Positions 45,277 through 47,879 of a stretch of DNA of 47,879 bases are shown here, in pieces (position 1 is the stretch's first letter; the number at the start of each line of letters is the position of its first letter). This stretch comes from an uncultured Candidatus Peribacteria bacterium (GTDB lineage: Bacteria > Patescibacteriota > Gracilibacteria > RBG-16-42-10). Position numbers and translations under genes: made by a program. The notes beneath the pieces were generated by a model. The model was not told where the DNA came from and searched no databases. It saw only the letters and a list, made by a program, of their open reading frames with translations. The stretch covers positions 1 to 47,879 of the forward strand of contig CAZERA010000006.1 of NCBI GenBank assembly GCA_964514565.1, given 5' to 3'.

Positions 45277-47879
45277 CTAGTTAACATTGAGAGTCAAACG
45301 TTTTTCAGCACGAGAACTGATAGCATTGAGACGAGCGACTAAATCGACACTTTCAGTTACTGAAGATGCCTTATAGCTTCCTACGAACACACCATCAGTT
45401 GAGTTAGCTAGATCAACACGGAGGCCACTGCTTGGTGAAACAGCATTGGTACCTTCGAGGTTGCCGCTACCACGAACCACTTCAGTTTGTACTAAAGCAG
45501 CGGCGGTAAGTGTCAAAGGAGTACCTTGGTCATCGCGAACGATAACAGTTAAAGGCACTACATTTGAAGAACTTAAACGATTTGGCCAAGCGTCAAAAGA
45601 CACACTTGGATCTTGAACACGGTAGCTAGCTGTACTTTCAGGGTTGGTAGCTTGATTTAAGCTTACTTTTACGGTGATTGTTCCAGGTGCACTGGTATTA
45701 TCTGTATAGATGCTAAATGCGTACAAACCGCTACCAGCATAATTACCGCCTTCTACACCCATGAAGTTGTATGGTGGGAATCCACAAGTTGCACTTCCAC
45801 CATTGTCACTCAGTTGATACATCTCAGAAATATTTGATCCGGAACGAGTCAAAGCAAAATCGGTGAAGTTTGTAGTTACAGCACCAAATGCTGCAGGAGT
45901 ACAGTTATTCAATCCGACCACTGGATCATTATTTTGGTCGCGCACAAATGCAATCAAAACATTATTTGTGTTCGGAATCGTAGATGGTAATACAAATTCA
46001 GTAGTTATTCGGTTTGGAACGATGTTGACTTGGACCAAAGGAGCTTGGAGCTCGACTCCACTTGAGTCGCTCAACTCTACTCTCCATTCAGCACGATCAG
46101 CACGATCTTTAGCACGAGCAATCATGAAGTAAGCACCACCACCGATATTGTTCGCAATGAAATATTGTGAAGCATCGATAGCACCAGCATGACCAGTACG
46201 TGTATAGAGGTAAACATTTTCACTAGTAGTTGGATTTACAGATAAGTAACCTGTAAGACCTGATACTCCTCCTGTACGGTTGATACCGATTGAAGAGTCG
46301 CTATTAGCAGGAATACCATTACGTGAGTCAGTACAACCACTTTGTACATTGGTCTGTGGTTCACCATTGGCATTAGCTTCTGTAAGGGCAAATGTGCCAC
46401 TACCAGTACAAGAGAGACCAAAACCGCGAGAATCCCGAACGAACATTACAGTTGGGATGTCTTGGTTGATACCTACTTCTTGTGACATAGGCATAACAGT
46501 CAATTGACGAGCCTCACTTGGAAGACCACGTGTAGCTACGACAGTAACTTGACCTTGAGGTTGTTCAGCACGAGAAAGATCAGTAGCACGAAGATTGATT
46601 GTCTGATCGCGTTCTGTTGTTGTCAAAGGCATGTAAACCTTAGCTGTATACCAACCAGAATCTGCGTAACCAAAAGGACATGGATCTGCGAATGGTTGAA
46701 TCAATACAGTACCCAAACCAGTGAGGCTAACTGGCAATAAAAGATTACCGCTGATATCACCTGAAGGGATTGGATTTGTCTCAGTCAAATAACAGATGTG
46801 ATCCATAGTAGCGCTGTTTTCTGCAGCTGCACCATAGGTATATCCTGTACTATCTCCACCTACTCCCACGCGTCCATCACCACCATCGATTTGGAGACGT
46901 AACTCTTCACCAGTAACAGGTTTGCTTCCATCACGGATGCGACCGATTACAGTTGTCAAAGTACTGGCACGAGCACGAGAGCTAGAAACGAATAACTCAA
47001 CTTGAGGTTGGCGAACGTTGACATTGAAGCGAACCGAAGGTTGTCCAATTGCATCAACATCACGACACTCAACTGTCAAAGTACCGCTTGCACTACCTGC
47101 AATTACATTAATAGAATATACACCTGCAGTTCCAATTTCATGTGCGTACACGGTTGAGCCATGAGCTATAAGGCCCGAATGAAGTAATGTTCCTTCTAAA
47201 ATGGCGCCTGATGTTGCTCCGCTAACTAAGCGGCATTCAATTGCATCTGACTCAAATGTTCCGACTCCATGTGAAGTTTGGAATGGGAGGTTGTTTTCGT
47301 TGAGTGTCTTGATAATTACTGGAGCGACATTCTGCTCAGTAGCGGCTCCATCAGCAATTTGACGGCTGTTACGAGTAAGGATGCTGTTGTCATAGACTTT
47401 TGCATCCAGTTTTACCAGGTCAATTTGAACATTGACTGTAGTAATCAAAGATGGGCTAGTAGAACGATCGAGCACTTGTACTACTACATTGCCTGAATTT
47501 TGAGTACTGAGGATATTCAAGTAAGCAACATAACGACCATTGATACAGCTAGGACTAGTACCTGCTAGAGTCAATGAGCGCACTGCTGTACCAGTAGCAG
47601 GCAAGGTAGGCACACTGGTTACCAAGCTACCATTACCAGAACGAATAGAGTAAACGAGAGTGTCACCACATGATGGGTCCCCTGCATCGTCGTACACAAA
47701 TGATTCAATGGTTGCAAAACCAGTTACTGGCTTAATATTTACTGAACTTGTACTAGAAAGATCAAAAGTTTCTCTACTAGCAACGATATGGTTGTCAGTA
47801 GCACGGACATGCATTTCACCAACGCCAGCGATAGCAGCAGAACCGAAGCCGTTTCGGACTCCAGGAGCATCAGCTGTGA
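45277..47879 (-). CDS. large secreted/surface protein with tandem Ig-like (invasin/Big-like) domains, 5' partial
   Basis: Frame stays open to the window edge; recurrent (V/I)RDxxGxP and GxY motifs; S/T/G/V-rich; no C-terminal anchor. Confidence 0.8.
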   Translation of the reverse strand, partial: TADAPGVRNGFGSAAIAGVGEMHVRATDNHIVASRETFDLSSTSSVNIKPVTGFATIESFVYDDAGDPSCGDTLVYSIRSGNGSLVTSVPTLPATGTAVRSLTLAGTSPSCINGRYVAYLNILSTQNSGNVVVQVLDRSTSPSLITTVNVQIDLVKLDAKVYDNSILTRNSRQIADGAATEQNVAPVIIKTLNENNLPFQTSHGVGTFESDAIECRLVSGATSGAILEGTLLHSGLIAHGSTVYAHEIGTAGVYSINVIAGSASGTLTVECRDVDAIGQPSVRFNVNVRQPQVELFVSSSRARASTLTTVIGRIRDGSKPVTGEELRLQIDGGDGRVGVGGDSTGYTYGAAAENSATMDHICYLTETNPIPSGDISGNLLLPVSLTGLGTVLIQPFADPCPFGYADSGWYTAKVYMPLTTTERDQTINLRATDLSRAEQPQGQVTVVATRGLPSEARQLTVMPMSQEVGINQDIPTVMFVRDSRGFGLSCTGSGTFALTEANANGEPQTNVQSGCTDSRNGIPANSDSSIGINRTGGVSGLTGYLSVNPTTSENVYLYTRTGHAGAIDASQYFIANNIGGGAYFMIARAKDRADRAEWRVELSDSSGVELQAPLVQVNIVPNRITTEFVLPSTIPNTNNVLIAFVRDQNNDPVVGLNNCTPAAFGAVTTNFTDFALTRSGSNISEMYQLSDNGGSATCGFPPYNFMGVEGGNYAGSGLYAFSIYTDNTSAPGTITVKVSLNQATNPESTASYRVQDPSVSFDAWPNRLSSSNVVPLTVIVRDDQGTPLTLTAAALVQTEVVRGSGNLEGTNAVSPSSGLRVDLANSTDGVFVGSYKASSVTESVDLVARLNAISSRAEKRLTLNVN

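Noticed and set aside
584..47496. Numerous 60-125 aa ORFs antisense to or nested in recognised genes
   Set aside because: Shadow ORFs with no motifs or independent initiation signals.

Overview
A gene-dense, moderately AT-rich chromosomal segment read in genetic code 11 (TGA is a stop, for example in the ATGA overlaps pheS/pheT and pnp/next ORF). The gene content suggests a Patescibacteria/CPR genome, most like the code-11 Peregrinibacteria/Abawacabacteria side of the Gracilibacteria. This placement is inferred from the stripped rpsB-tsf-frr-rseP cluster, the SLH lipoprotein, the very Cys-rich protein and the stand-alone coupling-protein-like ATPase. Most of the window is housekeeping: 4 tRNAs, hup, rodA, rplS, rplU, lepA, pheST, udg, pnp, rpsO, tsaE, ftsX, tatD, prfA, rpmE, gap, pgk, tpiA, rpsB, tsf, frr, rseP, rnhB, rlmH and rmuC. 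An accessory block at about 6.0-13.7 kb holds RNHCP, ASCH, ABC-F, MazG-like, SnoaL-like, SLH, Cys-rich and ORFan genes, and a large Ig/invasin-like surface protein runs off the right edge. I saw no integrase, transposase, CRISPR array or rRNA. The most unusual signal is a family of intergenic elements built from five 7-nt purine-rich units, in three sequence flavours, found singly or as inverted pairs around a palindromic core. Other notable points are a catalytically degenerate type II pantothenate-kinase-like gene overlapping lepA, a MazG-like gene with an A8 homopolymer frameshift, an NADP-type GAPDH signature, and a structured rpsB leader. All protein assignments rest on motif recognition by eye, not database searches.
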